51,038 nucleotides of DNA from Candidatus Woesearchaeota archaeon. Lineage in GTDB: Archaea; Nanobdellota; Nanobdellia; Woesearchaeales; WAPY01. The notes beneath the pieces were generated by a model, which saw only the letters and a list, made by a program, of their open reading frames with translations, did not search any database and had not been told where the DNA came from. This document shows, piece after piece, positions 19,460-30,190 of this stretch; position 1 is the stretch's first letter; each line of letters starts with the position of its first letter. The position numbers and the translations under genes were made by a program. The stretch spans positions 1 to 51,038 of the forward strand of contig JAWBOW010000003.1 in assembly GCA_038825775.1 (NCBI GenBank). The letters run 5' to 3'.

Positions 19460-20773
19460 ATGTATGACATAATTATTGGAAGGGATCCTGAGGACATAAA
19501 GAGATTTGGTAATTTGGGAACTGTTTTTATTGGAAAACAGTATGTTAAGATGGGACAAACTAGCAGCTTGTCTAATCCTGTTTATCTTGATGTTGCAAGA
19601 AGCCACGTTATATTTATTTGTGGAAAAAGAGGTTCTGGAAAGAGTTATACCATGGGGGTTATAGCAGAAGCAATAGCGGATATGCCTGAAGAGGTTAGTT
19701 CTAATTTAGCTGTTGTAATGCTTGACACAATGGGAATTTATTGGACTATGAAGTATCCTAATGAGAGAGAAGCAGATATTCTTAAGGAGTGGGGTTTAAA
19801 ACCAAGAGGATTAAATGTTAAAATATACACGCCAAAAGGATTTTATAATGAATTCAAAGAAAGGGGTATCCCAACAGATTTTCCATTTTCTATAAAACCA
19901 TCTGAGCTAACACCTCTCGATTGGTGCAGAACCCTTAACATAGATCCTGAAAGCGAAGTTGGTGTGCTAATTGCAAGGGTTGTTTCAAGATTAAAAGCTG
20001 AAAAACAAGATTTTTCAATACAAGACATAATTGATAGGATAGAAGAAGACCAAAAAACAGATCAAAGAATAAAATCTTCTGCAGAAAATCATTTTTTAGA
20101 ATGTTTAAGTTGGGGTTTATTTGATAAAGAAGGAACAAAACTTAGTGATCTTGTGATTCCAGGACAGGTTAGTGTTTTAGATGTTAGTTGTTATGTTACA
20201 ACACCTGGAAGTCAAAACATAAGGGCTTTGGTTATTGGATTGGTAGCTCAAAAATTGTTTGTTGAGAGGATGATTGAGCGTAGAAAAGAGGAGTTTCAAG
20301 AACTGCATAGGAATTTAAATTTTTTAACAGCAGAAGAGTCTAACAAACAAGATTTTCCTCTTGTTTGGTTGGTGATTGACGAAGCTCACGAGTTTTTGCC
20401 AAAGGATGAAAAAACAGTTGCTTCTGATCCTTTGATTACAATACTTAGGGAGGGAAGACAACCAGGAATTTCATTAATACTAGCGTCTCAACAACCAGGA
20501 AAAATACACACTGATGTTATGACTCAGGCAGATACTGTTATTAGTCATAGACTAACAGCAAAGATTGATATTGATGCTTTAGGACTTTTAATGCAGAGCT
20601 ACATGCGGGGTTCTTTGGATAAATACATAAATGAAATTCCAAGAGTTCAAGGGGCTGCTGTTGTTTTTGACGATACGAACGAGAGAATGTTCCCAATTAG
20701 AATTCGTCCAAGAATAAGCTGGCATGGGGGTTCTTCTCCTGTTGCAATACACAAAAAGAAAAATGTGTTTTGA
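19460..20773 (+). CDS. HerA/FtsK-superfamily ATPase (DUF87-like)
   Basis: Walker A GKRGSGKS, Walker B LVIDEAHEF, REGRQPG, ASQQP. Confidence 0.85.
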   Translation: MYDIIIGRDPEDIKRFGNLGTVFIGKQYVKMGQTSSLSNPVYLDVARSHVIFICGKRGSGKSYTMGVIAEAIADMPEEVSSNLAVVMLDTMGIYWTMKYPNEREADILKEWGLKPRGLNVKIYTPKGFYNEFKERGIPTDFPFSIKPSELTPLDWCRTLNIDPESEVGVLIARVVSRLKAEKQDFSIQDIIDRIEEDQKTDQRIKSSAENHFLECLSWGLFDKEGTKLSDLVIPGQVSVLDVSCYVTTPGSQNIRALVIGLVAQKLFVERMIERRKEEFQELHRNLNFLTAEESNKQDFPLVWLVIDEAHEFLPKDEKTVASDPLITILREGRQPGISLILASQQPGKIHTDVMTQADTVISHRLTAKIDIDALGLLMQSYMRGSLDKYINEIPRVQGAAVVFDDTNERMFPIRIRPRISWHGGSSPVAIHKKKNVF

Positions 20774-20789
20774 TTATGGGTTGGTCAAA

Positions 20790-21371
20790 ATGGATTTTGA
20801 TAATTTAAAGAACAACTTTAACATATTAAGAAAGGAATATGAGAGGGAAGATAAGTTAAGGGATGATTTAATAATAGAAAGCAGGGATATTATAAAAGAA
20901 TCTAAGAAAATAATATATTCTGTTCATAGAAATGATTTTTCCTCTGCTTCAAAAAGTGTGGATACAATAAAGAAACTTATAAGGGAGCTCTTGAAAAAAA
21001 CAAATAGTAAAATAAGTGATGTTGGTTATTTGAGGAGTGCTTTTCAAGAGTATGTTGAAGCTTTATGCTTTTATGATTTTGTAAGAAATAATAGAATACC
21101 AAATTATAAAGAATTGAATGTTGATGTTGAGAGTTATTTGTTAGGAATATGTGATTTTACAGGCGAACTTGTCAGGTTTGCAACGAATAATTTTTTAAAA
21201 AAGAATTATGATGTTGTGCTTTATGTTAAAGATGTTGTTGAAATGATTTATAATGAATTAATGCTCTTTGATTTTAGGAGTGGAGAGTTAAGGTCGAAGT
21301 TTGACTCTATAAAGTATTCCCTGAAAAAATTAGAGGATTTGGCAATAGATATTGCAAAAATGAAGGGTTAA
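20790..21371 (+). CDS. Translin/TRAX-family protein
   Basis: R..LI..SRDI...SK..I..VH, catalytic-type QEYVEA and YLLGICDFTGELVR, LRSKFD; likely ATG 20790. Confidence 0.85.
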   Translation: MDFDNLKNNFNILRKEYEREDKLRDDLIIESRDIIKESKKIIYSVHRNDFSSASKSVDTIKKLIRELLKKTNSKISDVGYLRSAFQEYVEALCFYDFVRNNRIPNYKELNVDVESYLLGICDFTGELVRFATNNFLKKNYDVVLYVKDVVEMIYNELMLFDFRSGELRSKFDSIKYSLKKLEDLAIDIAKMKG

Positions 21372-22009
21372 AGATTTGAAAAATTATTTGTTCTTTTGTA
21401 AATTTTGAGAACATCATTCCAATCATTAACCCTTATTATTAAATCCTCGTATTCTTTTGGAGTGCTAAAATTTTTGTTCCACGGTTTGTTAAACAATAAA
21501 GTTTTAATTCCGCTTTTGGCACAATCAAGTGCATACTCAAAATTGTCTTCTATAAAAATTTCAATATTTTTTTCTAAACAAACTTCTGCCTTACTTTTCT
21601 TTTCGCCAGACAAAGATTGTAGGTTTGTAAAAATAACTTCCAAAAACAAATCTCCAAAATTCTTTTTAAGCCATTTTTTTGTTTTTTCAACAAGATAGTA
21701 TGGTCTTGCGGTTATTATGATTAAATCGTGTGTTTTGTTTATTTCTTTCAAAACTTTAACAGAGTTTTTAACAGGACTAACTTCTTCATATTCTCTTGTC
21801 TTGTAAAAATCATCCATTTCTGCCATTATTTCTTCTGTGCTAATGTTAAAAACATCTTCATAATAAAATGAGAATATGTCGTCTTCTCTGTAGTTCGTAT
21901 TATGTTTTTTATTCCTATAAATTAAAAAATATTTGTTAAAAGGAAATAGTGTATCGTCCAAATCAACCCCTACCTTTTTTCTTTTTATTCTATTTTTATT
22001 CTTTCGCAT
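21368..22009 (-). CDS. HAD 5'(3')-deoxyribonucleotidase (NT5C-like)
   Basis: VDLDDTL, IITAR, T..WL, IFIEDN, KPWN. Confidence 0.82.
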   Translation of the reverse strand: MRKNKNRIKRKKVGVDLDDTLFPFNKYFLIYRNKKHNTNYREDDIFSFYYEDVFNISTEEIMAEMDDFYKTREYEEVSPVKNSVKVLKEINKTHDLIIITARPYYLVEKTKKWLKKNFGDLFLEVIFTNLQSLSGEKKSKAEVCLEKNIEIFIEDNFEYALDCAKSGIKTLLFNKPWNKNFSTPKEYEDLIIRVNDWNDVLKIYKRTNNFSNL

Positions 22010-22060
22010 TTTTTAATAAAAATTTTTGAATTTTATTTAAGTTTTTTGTTTTGGTATTGC

Positions 22061-22076
22061 AAAAAGTTTTAAAATA
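22061..22076 (+). promoter_or_regulatory. Putative BRE-TATA promoter of SRP RNA
   Basis: AAAAAG-TTTTAAAATA about 25 nt upstream of the RNA 5' end. Confidence 0.45.
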
Positions 22077-22096
22077 GATTTGCTTTCCTCTTTTTT

Positions 22097-22364
22097 GGCA
22101 GGCACGCCGGGGAGTTAGCCCTTCCCTGTGACCACAAATGGGCTTTACGGTGGGGCTAAAACTATGGTGCGGGTTTAATGCCACAATTGGTCCTAAAGTT
22201 TAACTGTGAGATCTTGTCCCACAGGACTTTTTTTGTTGAGAACCTGGTTAGGTCCGGAAGGAAGCGGCCATAATCAACAAAAAAGGTGTCTGTGGACCAA
22301 CAGGATTGAGTGATCTTTAGGGTAAAACCAATTGTGGTGTTAAATTCAAGCCATAGTGCCTGCC
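22097..22364 (+). ncRNA. ffs: Signal recognition particle RNA (Alu domain + helix 8, no helix 6)
   Basis: Terminal GGCAGGCAC/GTGCCTGCC helix; Alu hairpins with complementary loops AGCCC/GGGCT and UGU linker; helix-8 motif TAGGTCCGGAAGGAAGCGGC; T-run after 3' end. Confidence 0.93.
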
Positions 22365-22372
22365 TTTTTTTA

Positions 22373-23188
22373 TTAATTATAAAAAACCACTCTATTCAGT
22401 TTGTTTTTATCTAATTTTAGCATTACAAGATCGTTTTTCTTTAAAGGGTATTCCTCGCTTAGCGTATCCACAACAAGAATTAAATTCTTTAAAGCTCTTA
22501 TTTCTATTTCTTTTAAACTCCCACACAAATATTTTGGTTTGTATATTCTTCCAGAATAACCTTCTCTTACAATGTAATATAAAAGTTTTGTATTCTTTTT
22601 TGCATGACCTCCTGCTGATTTAAACCATGCGTTTGTTCCTATAGCTGTCGATATTATTATTCCAGAAGACAGTTGTTTTTCTCTTATGCCTTTCTTTCTT
22701 ATGATCAATTCGTATTTTGCTGTTTTATAACTTTTTTTGTGTCCAACAAAAACATCATTTATTCCTTTGTCTAAAATTTCTTTATTATTAATTATTATCT
22801 TTATTCTTGGAAGTTGTTCAAAGTATATTTTTGGCTTGTTTTTTATTTTCTTTTCAAAATCCTCTAAATTTGTTGATGTTAAAAAACCTTCTTTTTCTTT
22901 TTTAGAAGCGTTTATTCCTAATAAAGGAGTATTGTTGATGAAGTGGGCTGTTCTTAAAAAAGTTCCGTCTCCTCCTAACGAAATAATTATAGAAAATTCT
23001 TTGCAAATCTTCTTGTTGCAAAAGAATTTTTTCAAATACTTTCTACAAATAACTTGTGTTTTGGATTTAAATTTTCTTTTCAAAATTTTATTTAGGATTT
23101 TGCTTTCCTTTCTAAAACCCTCTAAATAAACGATGAGTGGTTTTTTGAATAAATTTTCAATTTCTCTTTGGCTTAGAATTTTTTTCAT
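22373..23188 (-). CDS. nadK: NAD kinase
   Basis: SLGGDGTFL, LGIN, GFL, IND, SSGIIIST..GT.AW..SAGG. Confidence 0.88.
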   Translation of the reverse strand: MKKILSQREIENLFKKPLIVYLEGFRKESKILNKILKRKFKSKTQVICRKYLKKFFCNKKICKEFSIIISLGGDGTFLRTAHFINNTPLLGINASKKEKEGFLTSTNLEDFEKKIKNKPKIYFEQLPRIKIIINNKEILDKGINDVFVGHKKSYKTAKYELIIRKKGIREKQLSSGIIISTAIGTNAWFKSAGGHAKKNTKLLYYIVREGYSGRIYKPKYLCGSLKEIEIRALKNLILVVDTLSEEYPLKKNDLVMLKLDKNKLNRVVFYN

Positions 23189-23192
23189 ATTT

Positions 23193-26100
23193 TTATTCTA
23201 AAATTATTGACGGCTTTCCAGGTAAGGCTTGTTTTGCCTTTTCGTGAGTTGTTTTTTCTTCTAACTCGATTGTTATTTCTAAATTAAATGCTTGCTTTAT
23301 AGAATCCTTTTCTTCCTCAAGAATTTGAATTTCGTCTTCTTGAGTTATTTTATTTTTTAATAGTAGTTGTGGGTTTCTTAAAACCTTTTCAACAATTGTT
23401 GAAATCTCTTTAGCATTATATTTTTCTTTCTGCTTACTAATTTCTTTCATTATTTCAGAAATGTTTCTTGTCTTTTGAATTATTAGTGCTAATTCTTCAA
23501 ATAAGCTGTACTTCCAAGAACTTGCAACTATTATCCTTGCTCTTTTTATGTTCGGATTTTTCTTTTTTGCTAACTCAAGAACTTGTTTAAAGTCGTATTT
23601 GATCTTTGTAAGTAGTTCGTATAGTTCTTCTATTTTGTGATTAATGAGTTTTTCATCAGGAACAGGCCATTTTTCAATACTAACAAAGTTTTCTCTTAAG
23701 ATCAAACTCCAAACTTCTTCACAAACATGTGGAATAAATGGTGCTAAAAGAAGGTTGATCTTTTCAATAGCATATGCTAAAACATCCTTTCTTAATTTGT
23801 CCTTATTCTTTAATACTTCCTCAAAAAATAAGATTATGTTTTGTAATGCAATATTCAATTCAAATCTTTCTATTAGTTCTGTTGTTTCTCTTATTAGGTT
23901 GTTTGTTTTTGAAAGGAAATACTTTTCTTTGCTACTTAAATTATTAAGTGTGATTTTGTTTTTGAGTTGTTTTAAATCATCTTTGTTTTCCCTTACAAAA
24001 ATCAAGTATTTTTTTAAGAACTTATAAACATTATCAACTCCCTCATCACTCCACTCTAATTCTTTCTCAGGAGAAGCTGCTAGTAGTATAAACATTCTTG
24101 CAGTGTCTGGCCCGTATTTTTCTATTATGTCTCCGGGATCAACAACATTTCCTTTTGACTTTGACATTACCTCTCCATTCTTTAAAACCATTCCTTGAGT
24201 CAACAATTTCTTAAAGGGTTCGTCAACTTTAACAAGTCCTAAGTCCCTTAACGCTTTTGTGAAGAATCTTGAATACAAGAGATGAAGTATGGCGTGTTCT
24301 ATACCACCAATGTATTGGTCGACAGGCATCCAATAATCAACCTTTTCCTTTTCAAATGGTGAATTGTTGTTTTTTGGATCACAATACCTTAAAAAATACC
24401 ATGAAGAATCAACAAAAGTGTCCATTGTATCTGTTTCCCTCTTTGCTTCTTTTCCACAAATAGGGCATTTTGCTTTTACAAATGTTTTTGACGTTTCAAT
24501 AGGGTTTCCTTCTCCAGTAAAAACAACATCTTCTGGCAACAAAACAGGTAATTCTTCATAACGAACTGGGTTATAACCGTGTTCGTCACAATAAACAAAG
24601 GGTATTGGTGTGCCCCAATACCTTTGCCTACTTATTAACCAATCTCTCAGCTTATAATTTATTGTTTTTCTTCCAATACCTTTTTCTTCAAAGTATTTTA
24701 TTATTTTATCAATAGCTTCGCTGCTTTTTAGTCCAGAAAATTCTCCTGAATTTATTAGTATGCCTTCTCCAGCATATGCTTTTTCTTTACCCAAAAACCT
24801 TAAAATTCCTATTTTGTTGTGTTCTTGAGTTATTTTTTCAAGAGCTTCTTCTTCTGAAAGCCAAATTATTTGGTGTTCTGAAATTTTATTCCTATCAAAG
24901 TTTTGTTGTTTTTCATCAACTAATTCTAACAAAACCGGTTGGTCTAATCTTTTTACATAAACTTTTTTGTTCTCTAGATAATAATGATATTCTATTTCTG
25001 TCCCGAGCTTTTTAACAAACTTTGTTTTGTAACCAGTTTCTTCAAAAAATTTTTTAACAGCTTTTTCTTCAATAATTTCTCCTTCTTCAACATTATAAAT
25101 AAAAGGGGATATGTGATTGGAATCGTTAGATTTTATTAACAAAAATTTATTATCGTTTTTTCTTTGAACAACTATTGAAATTGTTCTTTCAAACACCTCG
25201 TTTTCATTGATTGTTCCAAATACAGGCCTTACTACTTGTCTAATTTCTAAATTGTATTTTTTTGCAAAATCAAAATCTCTTTGGTCGTGAGCAGGAACAC
25301 CCATTATTATTCCTGTTCCATAATCCATAAGAACGAAATTGGCAACATAAATTGGTATTTTCTCATTTGTTAAAGGATTTATTGCATACCTTCCAATAAA
25401 AATTCCTTCTTTTTCCTTTTCTTCTGAAGATCTTTCTGTTTTTTCTTCTAACATTACCTTTCTAGCAAACTCAAAAACTTCCTTTTCATATTTTGTTTTT
25501 CTAACTAGTTCTTCAACTATTGGGTGTTCAGGAGCCATTACTAAAAATGTAGCTCCGAATATTGTGTCTGGTCTTGTTGTGAAAACCTCAACTTCCTTGT
25601 TTAAACCGTCTATCTTGAATTTAATTAAAGCCCCCTCACTCTTTCCAATCCAATTTTTTTGCATAATCTTTACTTTTTCAGGCCAGTCGAGTTTGTCCAA
25701 ATCATTTAAGAGTTCTTCAGCATAAGCGGTTATTTTTAAAAACCATTGTTCTATATGTTTTATTTCAACTTTTGAACTGCAACGCCAACACCTTGTGTTT
25801 ATGACTTGTTCGTTTGCAAGAACCGTTCCGCACTTAGGACACCAGTTTACAGGAGATTTTTTTCTATAAACCAAGCCATTTTCATAGAATTTTATGAAGA
25901 TCCATTGGTTCCACTTATAATATTCTGGCTTATAAGTCGCTACTTCTCTGCTCCAATCATAGCTGAAACCCAATTCTTTCTGCTGCTCTTTCATCAAATT
26001 TATGCAATTCTCAGTCCAAACTTTTGGGTTTGTCTTGTTTTTTATTGCTGCGTTCTCTGCAGGAAGTCCAAAAGCATCATAGCCCATAGGGTATAAAACA

Positions 26101-26339
26101 TTAAAGCCTTGCATTCTCTTAAACCTTGCATAACAATCGCCGATTGTGTAATTTCTAACATGTCCCATGTGTAGTTTTCCAGAAGGATAAGGGTACATTT
26201 CTAAGCAGTAGAATTTTTTCTTTTCTGGGTCTTCTTTAACCTCAAAAATCCTTTTTTCCTCCCACTTCTTCTGCCACTTCTTAGCTATTTCCTTAAAATT
26301 TATTTCTTTATTGTCTTGTTCTGTAACCACAAAAACCAC
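23193..26339 (-). CDS. leuS: Leucyl-tRNA synthetase, bacterial-type core with Nudix-like insertion and archaeal-type C-terminus
   Basis: [65 protein letters not shown]; C-end [13 protein letters not shown]. Confidence 0.95.
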   Translation of the reverse strand: MVFVVTEQDNKEINFKEIAKKWQKKWEEKRIFEVKEDPEKKKFYCLEMYPYPSGKLHMGHVRNYTIGDCYARFKRMQGFNVLYPMGYDAFGLPAENAAIKNKTNPKVWTENCINLMKEQQKELGFSYDWSREVATYKPEYYKWNQWIFIKFYENGLVYRKKSPVNWCPKCGTVLANEQVINTRCWRCSSKVEIKHIEQWFLKITAYAEELLNDLDKLDWPEKVKIMQKNWIGKSEGALIKFKIDGLNKEVEVFTTRPDTIFGATFLVMAPEHPIVEELVRKTKYEKEVFEFARKVMLEEKTERSSEEKEKEGIFIGRYAINPLTNEKIPIYVANFVLMDYGTGIIMGVPAHDQRDFDFAKKYNLEIRQVVRPVFGTINENEVFERTISIVVQRKNDNKFLLIKSNDSNHISPFIYNVEEGEIIEEKAVKKFFEETGYKTKFVKKLGTEIEYHYYLENKKVYVKRLDQPVLLELVDEKQQNFDRNKISEHQIIWLSEEEALEKITQEHNKIGILRFLGKEKAYAGEGILINSGEFSGLKSSEAIDKIIKYFEEKGIGRKTINYKLRDWLISRQRYWGTPIPFVYCDEHGYNPVRYEELPVLLPEDVVFTGEGNPIETSKTFVKAKCPICGKEAKRETDTMDTFVDSSWYFLRYCDPKNNNSPFEKEKVDYWMPVDQYIGGIEHAILHLLYSRFFTKALRDLGLVKVDEPFKKLLTQGMVLKNGEVMSKSKGNVVDPGDIIEKYGPDTARMFILLAASPEKELEWSDEGVDNVYKFLKKYLIFVRENKDDLKQLKNKITLNNLSSKEKYFLSKTNNLIRETTELIERFELNIALQNIILFFEEVLKNKDKLRKDVLAYAIEKINLLLAPFIPHVCEEVWSLILRENFVSIEKWPVPDEKLINHKIEELYELLTKIKYDFKQVLELAKKKNPNIKRARIIVASSWKYSLFEELALIIQKTRNISEIMKEISKQKEKYNAKEISTIVEKVLRNPQLLLKNKITQEDEIQILEEEKDSIKQAFNLEITIELEEKTTHEKAKQALPGKPSIILE

Positions 26340-26475
26340 CTGATTGTTTAATAATAATTTTTTAATGAAGAGGAGTTGAATAAATGAGGTTATAGTATGT
26401 TGTATATTTAAATTTTTTATTTTTAAATTTTTGAGTAACCAAAAGATTTTAAAATTTAATTCTATTTTTTTGATT

Positions 26476-28002
26476 ATGGTTGTTGAGAAAATAGTTATTA
26501 TAGATTTTGGAAGTCAATACACTAATTTGATTTTGAGGAGGATAAAAGAGTTGGGAGTTCATGCTGAAATAGTTTCTCCAAATGATTACTTCTTTGCTGG
26601 AAAAAAATATGTTAAGGGAATAATTTTGTCTGGAAGTGCTCTTTCTGTTTATGACAAAAAATCTCCTAAAATTGATAAGAAGATTTTAAATTTTGATATT
26701 CCTGTTTTGGGAATATGTTATGGTTCTCAATTGATCGCTTATTTAGAAAAAGGAGTTGTTGTTAGGGGAGAAAAGGGAGAATACGGAAAGTGCAGTATAA
26801 AATTAATCAGGAGTAGTGTTTTGTTCAGAGGGATAAATAAAAAATTCTTTGTTTGGATGAGCCATCAAGACATAATTAAAGAACTTCCTAAAAATTATGA
26901 GGTTGTTGCTTTGAGCGAGAACAAAATAATTGCTGCTTTTGAGAATAAGAAAAAGAAGATATTTGCTGTTCAATTCCACCCAGAAGTTGTTCATACAGAA
27001 TTTGGAGTTGATATTCTAAAAAATTTTGTTTTTAATATTTGTGGTTTGAAAAAAACAAGAATAGATTATGATTTAAAACAAGAAATATTTGATGAGATAA
27101 AAAGAGTTTTAAATGGTAAAAAGGCAATAATTGGTTTGTCAGGCGGTGTTGATTCTTCAACAGCTGCTTTAATGGTGAATAAGGTTATTGGTAAAAACCT
27201 AATCTGTGTTTTTGTTGATACTGGACTTGTGAGGAAAAATGATAAGGAATTCTTAAAAAGAGAATTTTCAAAGTATAATCTTAATTTTAGAATTGTTAAT
27301 GCAAAGAATAGATTTTTAAAAGCACTAAAAGGCGTTAAGGATCCTGAAAAAAAGAGAAGAATTATTGGCAAATTGTTTGTTAAAATTTTTGAAGAAATTG
27401 CTGTTAAAGAAAAGGCAGAGTTTTTGATTCAAGGAACAATTTATTCTGACAGGATTGAGAGTGGTTTAACAAGGTTCTCTTCAAAAATAAAGAGTCATCA
27501 TAATGTTGGTGGGCTGCCAAAAAAAACAAAATTAAGGATTTACGAGCCGTTAAGGAATTTGTACAAGGACGAGGTTAGAAAGATTGCTAGAGAGATTGGC
27601 TTGTCTGATAAAATAATAAAAAGGCATGTTTTTCCAGGTCCCGGACTTGCAATAAGAATTTTGGGAGAGGTTACCGAAGAAAAATTGAGTATTATAAAAA
27701 AAGCAAACTTTATAGTTGAGGAAGAGCTTAAAAAATCAGGTTTTTATGATAAAGTTTGGATGGGTTTTGCTGTTTTATTGCCGGTAAAATCAACAGGGAT
27801 AAAGGGTGATTCAAGACATTACGGTTATGCTGTTGTATTGAGAATTGTTGAATCAAAGGATGGAATGACTGCTAATTTTTCAAGAATTCCTTATTCTGTT
27901 TTGGAAAGAATCTCAACAAGAATAACTAATGAGATCAAAAAGGTTAATAGGGTTGTTTATGATATCACAAACAAACCTCCTGCAACAATGGAGTGGGAAT
28001 AA
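26476..28002 (+). CDS. guaA: GMP synthase (fused glutaminase + ATP-pyrophosphatase)
   Basis: [48 protein letters not shown]. Confidence 0.96.
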   Translation: MVVEKIVIIDFGSQYTNLILRRIKELGVHAEIVSPNDYFFAGKKYVKGIILSGSALSVYDKKSPKIDKKILNFDIPVLGICYGSQLIAYLEKGVVVRGEKGEYGKCSIKLIRSSVLFRGINKKFFVWMSHQDIIKELPKNYEVVALSENKIIAAFENKKKKIFAVQFHPEVVHTEFGVDILKNFVFNICGLKKTRIDYDLKQEIFDEIKRVLNGKKAIIGLSGGVDSSTAALMVNKVIGKNLICVFVDTGLVRKNDKEFLKREFSKYNLNFRIVNAKNRFLKALKGVKDPEKKRRIIGKLFVKIFEEIAVKEKAEFLIQGTIYSDRIESGLTRFSSKIKSHHNVGGLPKKTKLRIYEPLRNLYKDEVRKIAREIGLSDKIIKRHVFPGPGLAIRILGEVTEEKLSIIKKANFIVEEELKKSGFYDKVWMGFAVLLPVKSTGIKGDSRHYGYAVVLRIVESKDGMTANFSRIPYSVLERISTRITNEIKKVNRVVYDITNKPPATMEWE

Positions 28003-28044
28003 AAAAAGAAAAATTTTATTAAAGAGTAGTTTTTTGTGTTTGTT

Positions 28045-28605
28045 ATGATAGAAAAAAATATTGAAAGGATTTGGGTTTCTTATAGTGAGATACACAACTT
28101 AGTGAGAATTGGTTGTGAGATTGTTGTAAAAAATTATAATTATGTTCCGGATTTTCTGGTAGGAATAAGTGGTGGTGGTTTGATGCCTGTTCGTCTTGCA
28201 AAAACATTTTTAAAAGAATATTCTGGAATGGAAATTCCAATTTATGTTATTGGAATTTCTAATTATGATTCTAATAATAATCAATTACCAGAACCAAGAA
28301 TAACTCAAGGTTTGGATGAAAAAATAAGAGAAGAGGTTAAGGGAAAAAAGGTTTTATTAGTTGATGAGGTTGATGATACTAGAAAAACTCTTGAAAAGGC
28401 CTCTAACTATTTGTTGGACTTGAAGGTTGATAAGTTAAAGATTTTGGTAATTCACTCTAAAGAAAAGGAAAAACAAGGAAAACTGCCAGAAGGTGTTGAT
28501 TTATACTTTGTTAAAAAAATACCTGATGTTTGGGTGAACTATCAATGGGATTTTAAGGAATTGTTTGATTATGAAAAACAAAAAGAAAACCTAAAAGTAA
28601 AATAA
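28045..28605 (+). CDS. Type I phosphoribosyltransferase (xanthine/hypoxanthine-guanine PRT-like)
   Basis: GISGGGL.P and PRPP-binding VLLVDEVDDTRKTL; follows guaA. Confidence 0.85.
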   Translation: MIEKNIERIWVSYSEIHNLVRIGCEIVVKNYNYVPDFLVGISGGGLMPVRLAKTFLKEYSGMEIPIYVIGISNYDSNNNQLPEPRITQGLDEKIREEVKGKKVLLVDEVDDTRKTLEKASNYLLDLKVDKLKILVIHSKEKEKQGKLPEGVDLYFVKKIPDVWVNYQWDFKELFDYEKQKENLKVK

Positions 28606-28613
28606 TAAAAGAA

Positions 28614-28808
28614 TTATTTCTTGAATTTTGCGATTTCGTCAATTAAATCAACATGTCCTAAGAACATTGCCCTACAACAGTATCTTTCAAGTCCTAGATC
28701 GTCAAGAACCTTTTTTTTGTCTTCTCCAGAACTTACCCTTTTTTTGTATTCTTCCCAAAGATGAGCTATTGGTTTTCCACAACTAAAGCACCTTATTGGG
28801 ATTATCAT
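28614..28808 (-). CDS. rpoN: RNA polymerase subunit N (Rpo10)
   Basis: [12 protein letters not shown]...[12 protein letters not shown]; start 28808. Confidence 0.96.
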   Translation of the reverse strand: MIIPIRCFSCGKPIAHLWEEYKKRVSSGEDKKKVLDDLGLERYCCRAMFLGHVDLIDEIAKFKK

Positions 28809-28812
28809 AAAA

Positions 28813-29208
28813 TCACCTGTATGATTTTTGCCTTTTTGCACGGGCTCTTCCGTGAGTTCCTGGTTTTTTCGTTTCTTTTCTTCTCACATCAGAAACCAAG
28901 AATGTTCTATCATAAGCTAAGAATTTTTCTTTAAGCGACGGCTCAAATTCAACCAATGCTTTTGAAAGGGCTGTTCTAACCGCTTCTGCCCTGCTTATAA
29001 CCCCTCCTCCTTTTACATTAATATCAACATCAACTTTTTTAACAACATCCCCTGCTAGCATTAGGGCTTCTTGAATTTTTAAATTTGCTATTTTTGGAGT
29101 TATAAGATTAACTAGAACCCCATTTACTTTTATTACTCCCTTACCTTCTTTTAAAGTTGCCCTTGCAATGGCTGTTTTTCTCTTTCCTGATGTTTGAATG
29201 ACTTGCAT
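28813..29208 (-). CDS. rps9: Ribosomal protein uS9
   Basis: [31 protein letters not shown]. Confidence 0.96.
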   Translation of the reverse strand: MQVIQTSGKRKTAIARATLKEGKGVIKVNGVLVNLITPKIANLKIQEALMLAGDVVKKVDVDINVKGGGVISRAEAVRTALSKALVEFEPSLKEKFLAYDRTFLVSDVRRKETKKPGTHGRARAKRQKSYR

Positions 29209-29220
29209 GAGTTACACCTT

Positions 29221-29649
29221 TTAAACTTCTATGTTGCCTAATAATTTTGAAAGTTCTTTAAGAGTTATGAATTTTGTGTTGGGAAGTTTTTCTATGCTAA
29301 ACTTTTCTAATTCTTTTATGTTTGCAATATTTTTCTGGTTTATATGTTCAGGAACTCCTGAATAGCATTTCAAATTTTTTAGTGCTTTTACACCCTTTTC
29401 TTGCTTGTGAGGAAGCATTCCCTTTATTGTTCTCTTCATTATAGCTTCTGGTCTTCTTGAGAAGAAAGGTCCTTTTCTTGGAGAACCCCTAAGGAATTTT
29501 GTTTTGTATTTTTCAAGCACAACATTTTTGTTACCAGAGATTACTGCTTTTTCACAATTTATTATTTCTATTTTTTCCCCTAACAAAAGTTTTTTTGCAG
29601 CATAACTTGCAATTCTTCCCAAGATTAAATTTTCAGCGTTTATTATCAT
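29221..29649 (-). CDS. rpl13: Ribosomal protein uL13
   Basis: ILGRIAS..AK.LL.GE, GPF..RRP, GMLP. Confidence 0.95.
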   Translation of the reverse strand: MIINAENLILGRIASYAAKKLLLGEKIEIINCEKAVISGNKNVVLEKYKTKFLRGSPRKGPFFSRRPEAIMKRTIKGMLPHKQEKGVKALKNLKCYSGVPEHINQKNIANIKELEKFSIEKLPNTKFITLKELSKLLGNIEV

Positions 29650-29650
29650 T

Positions 29651-30019
29651 TTAACCTATTATTCTTATGTTTTTTGTATTGTTTATTAATTCTTGATTTT
29701 TTATTAATTCTTTTAGAGTCATTACTTTACTTCCTGAATCATTTATTTTTTTAATTGCCTGTTTTGAGAATGAAAATGCTGCGACTGTTATCTTATGATT
29801 TAAACTTCCAGAGGATAATACTTTTCCAGGAACTATTATTAATTCTCCATCCTTACAAAACCTGTTTATTCTCGAAACATTAACAATTCTTCTCTTTCTT
29901 GTGGGCTTTTCAAGTGTTAATGCTATGCTCTTCCAAATACTCTTGTTTGTTTTGTATGAAAGTAATTTGAGTTCTTTGATAATGCTTATAAGTTCCTCAT
30001 TTGTTTTTTTTGTTTTCAT
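29651..30019 (-). CDS. rpl18e: Ribosomal protein eL18
   Basis: IWK.IA..L.KP.R.R..VNVSRI, VPGKVL, VAAFSFS. Confidence 0.95.
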   Translation of the reverse strand: MKTKKTNEELISIIKELKLLSYKTNKSIWKSIALTLEKPTRKRRIVNVSRINRFCKDGELIIVPGKVLSSGSLNHKITVAAFSFSKQAIKKINDSGSKVMTLKELIKNQELINNTKNIRIIG

Positions 30020-30047
30020 TTTTTCTGTTCTTGAATTTTTGATGTGA

Positions 30048-30187
30048 TGCGGGGGCTGGGAATTTCAAGCTAAGCTTTTTTGCTTAGCTCTTTGAACCCA
30101 GGAACCCACTTAGGGACAAGGCTTTTAACATTTTTAGCATGATTTGTCCTCAACCTTGCGCATTTGACCAGGCTTTGCTACCCCCGC
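30048..30187 (-). tRNA. tRNA-Leu(GAG) with two introns (37/38 at 30123-30147; 59/60 at 30062-30090)
   Basis: Acceptor GCGGGGG/CCCCCGC-A, anticodon stem CAAGG/CCTTG, long variable arm, T stem CTGGG/CCCAG; both inserts form bulge-helix-bulge motifs; CCA not encoded; usual position between rpoD and rpl18e. Confidence 0.92.
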
Positions 30188-30190
30188 TAT

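Noticed and set aside
21996-22184. 62-aa ORF
   Set aside because: Antisense to the SRP RNA.
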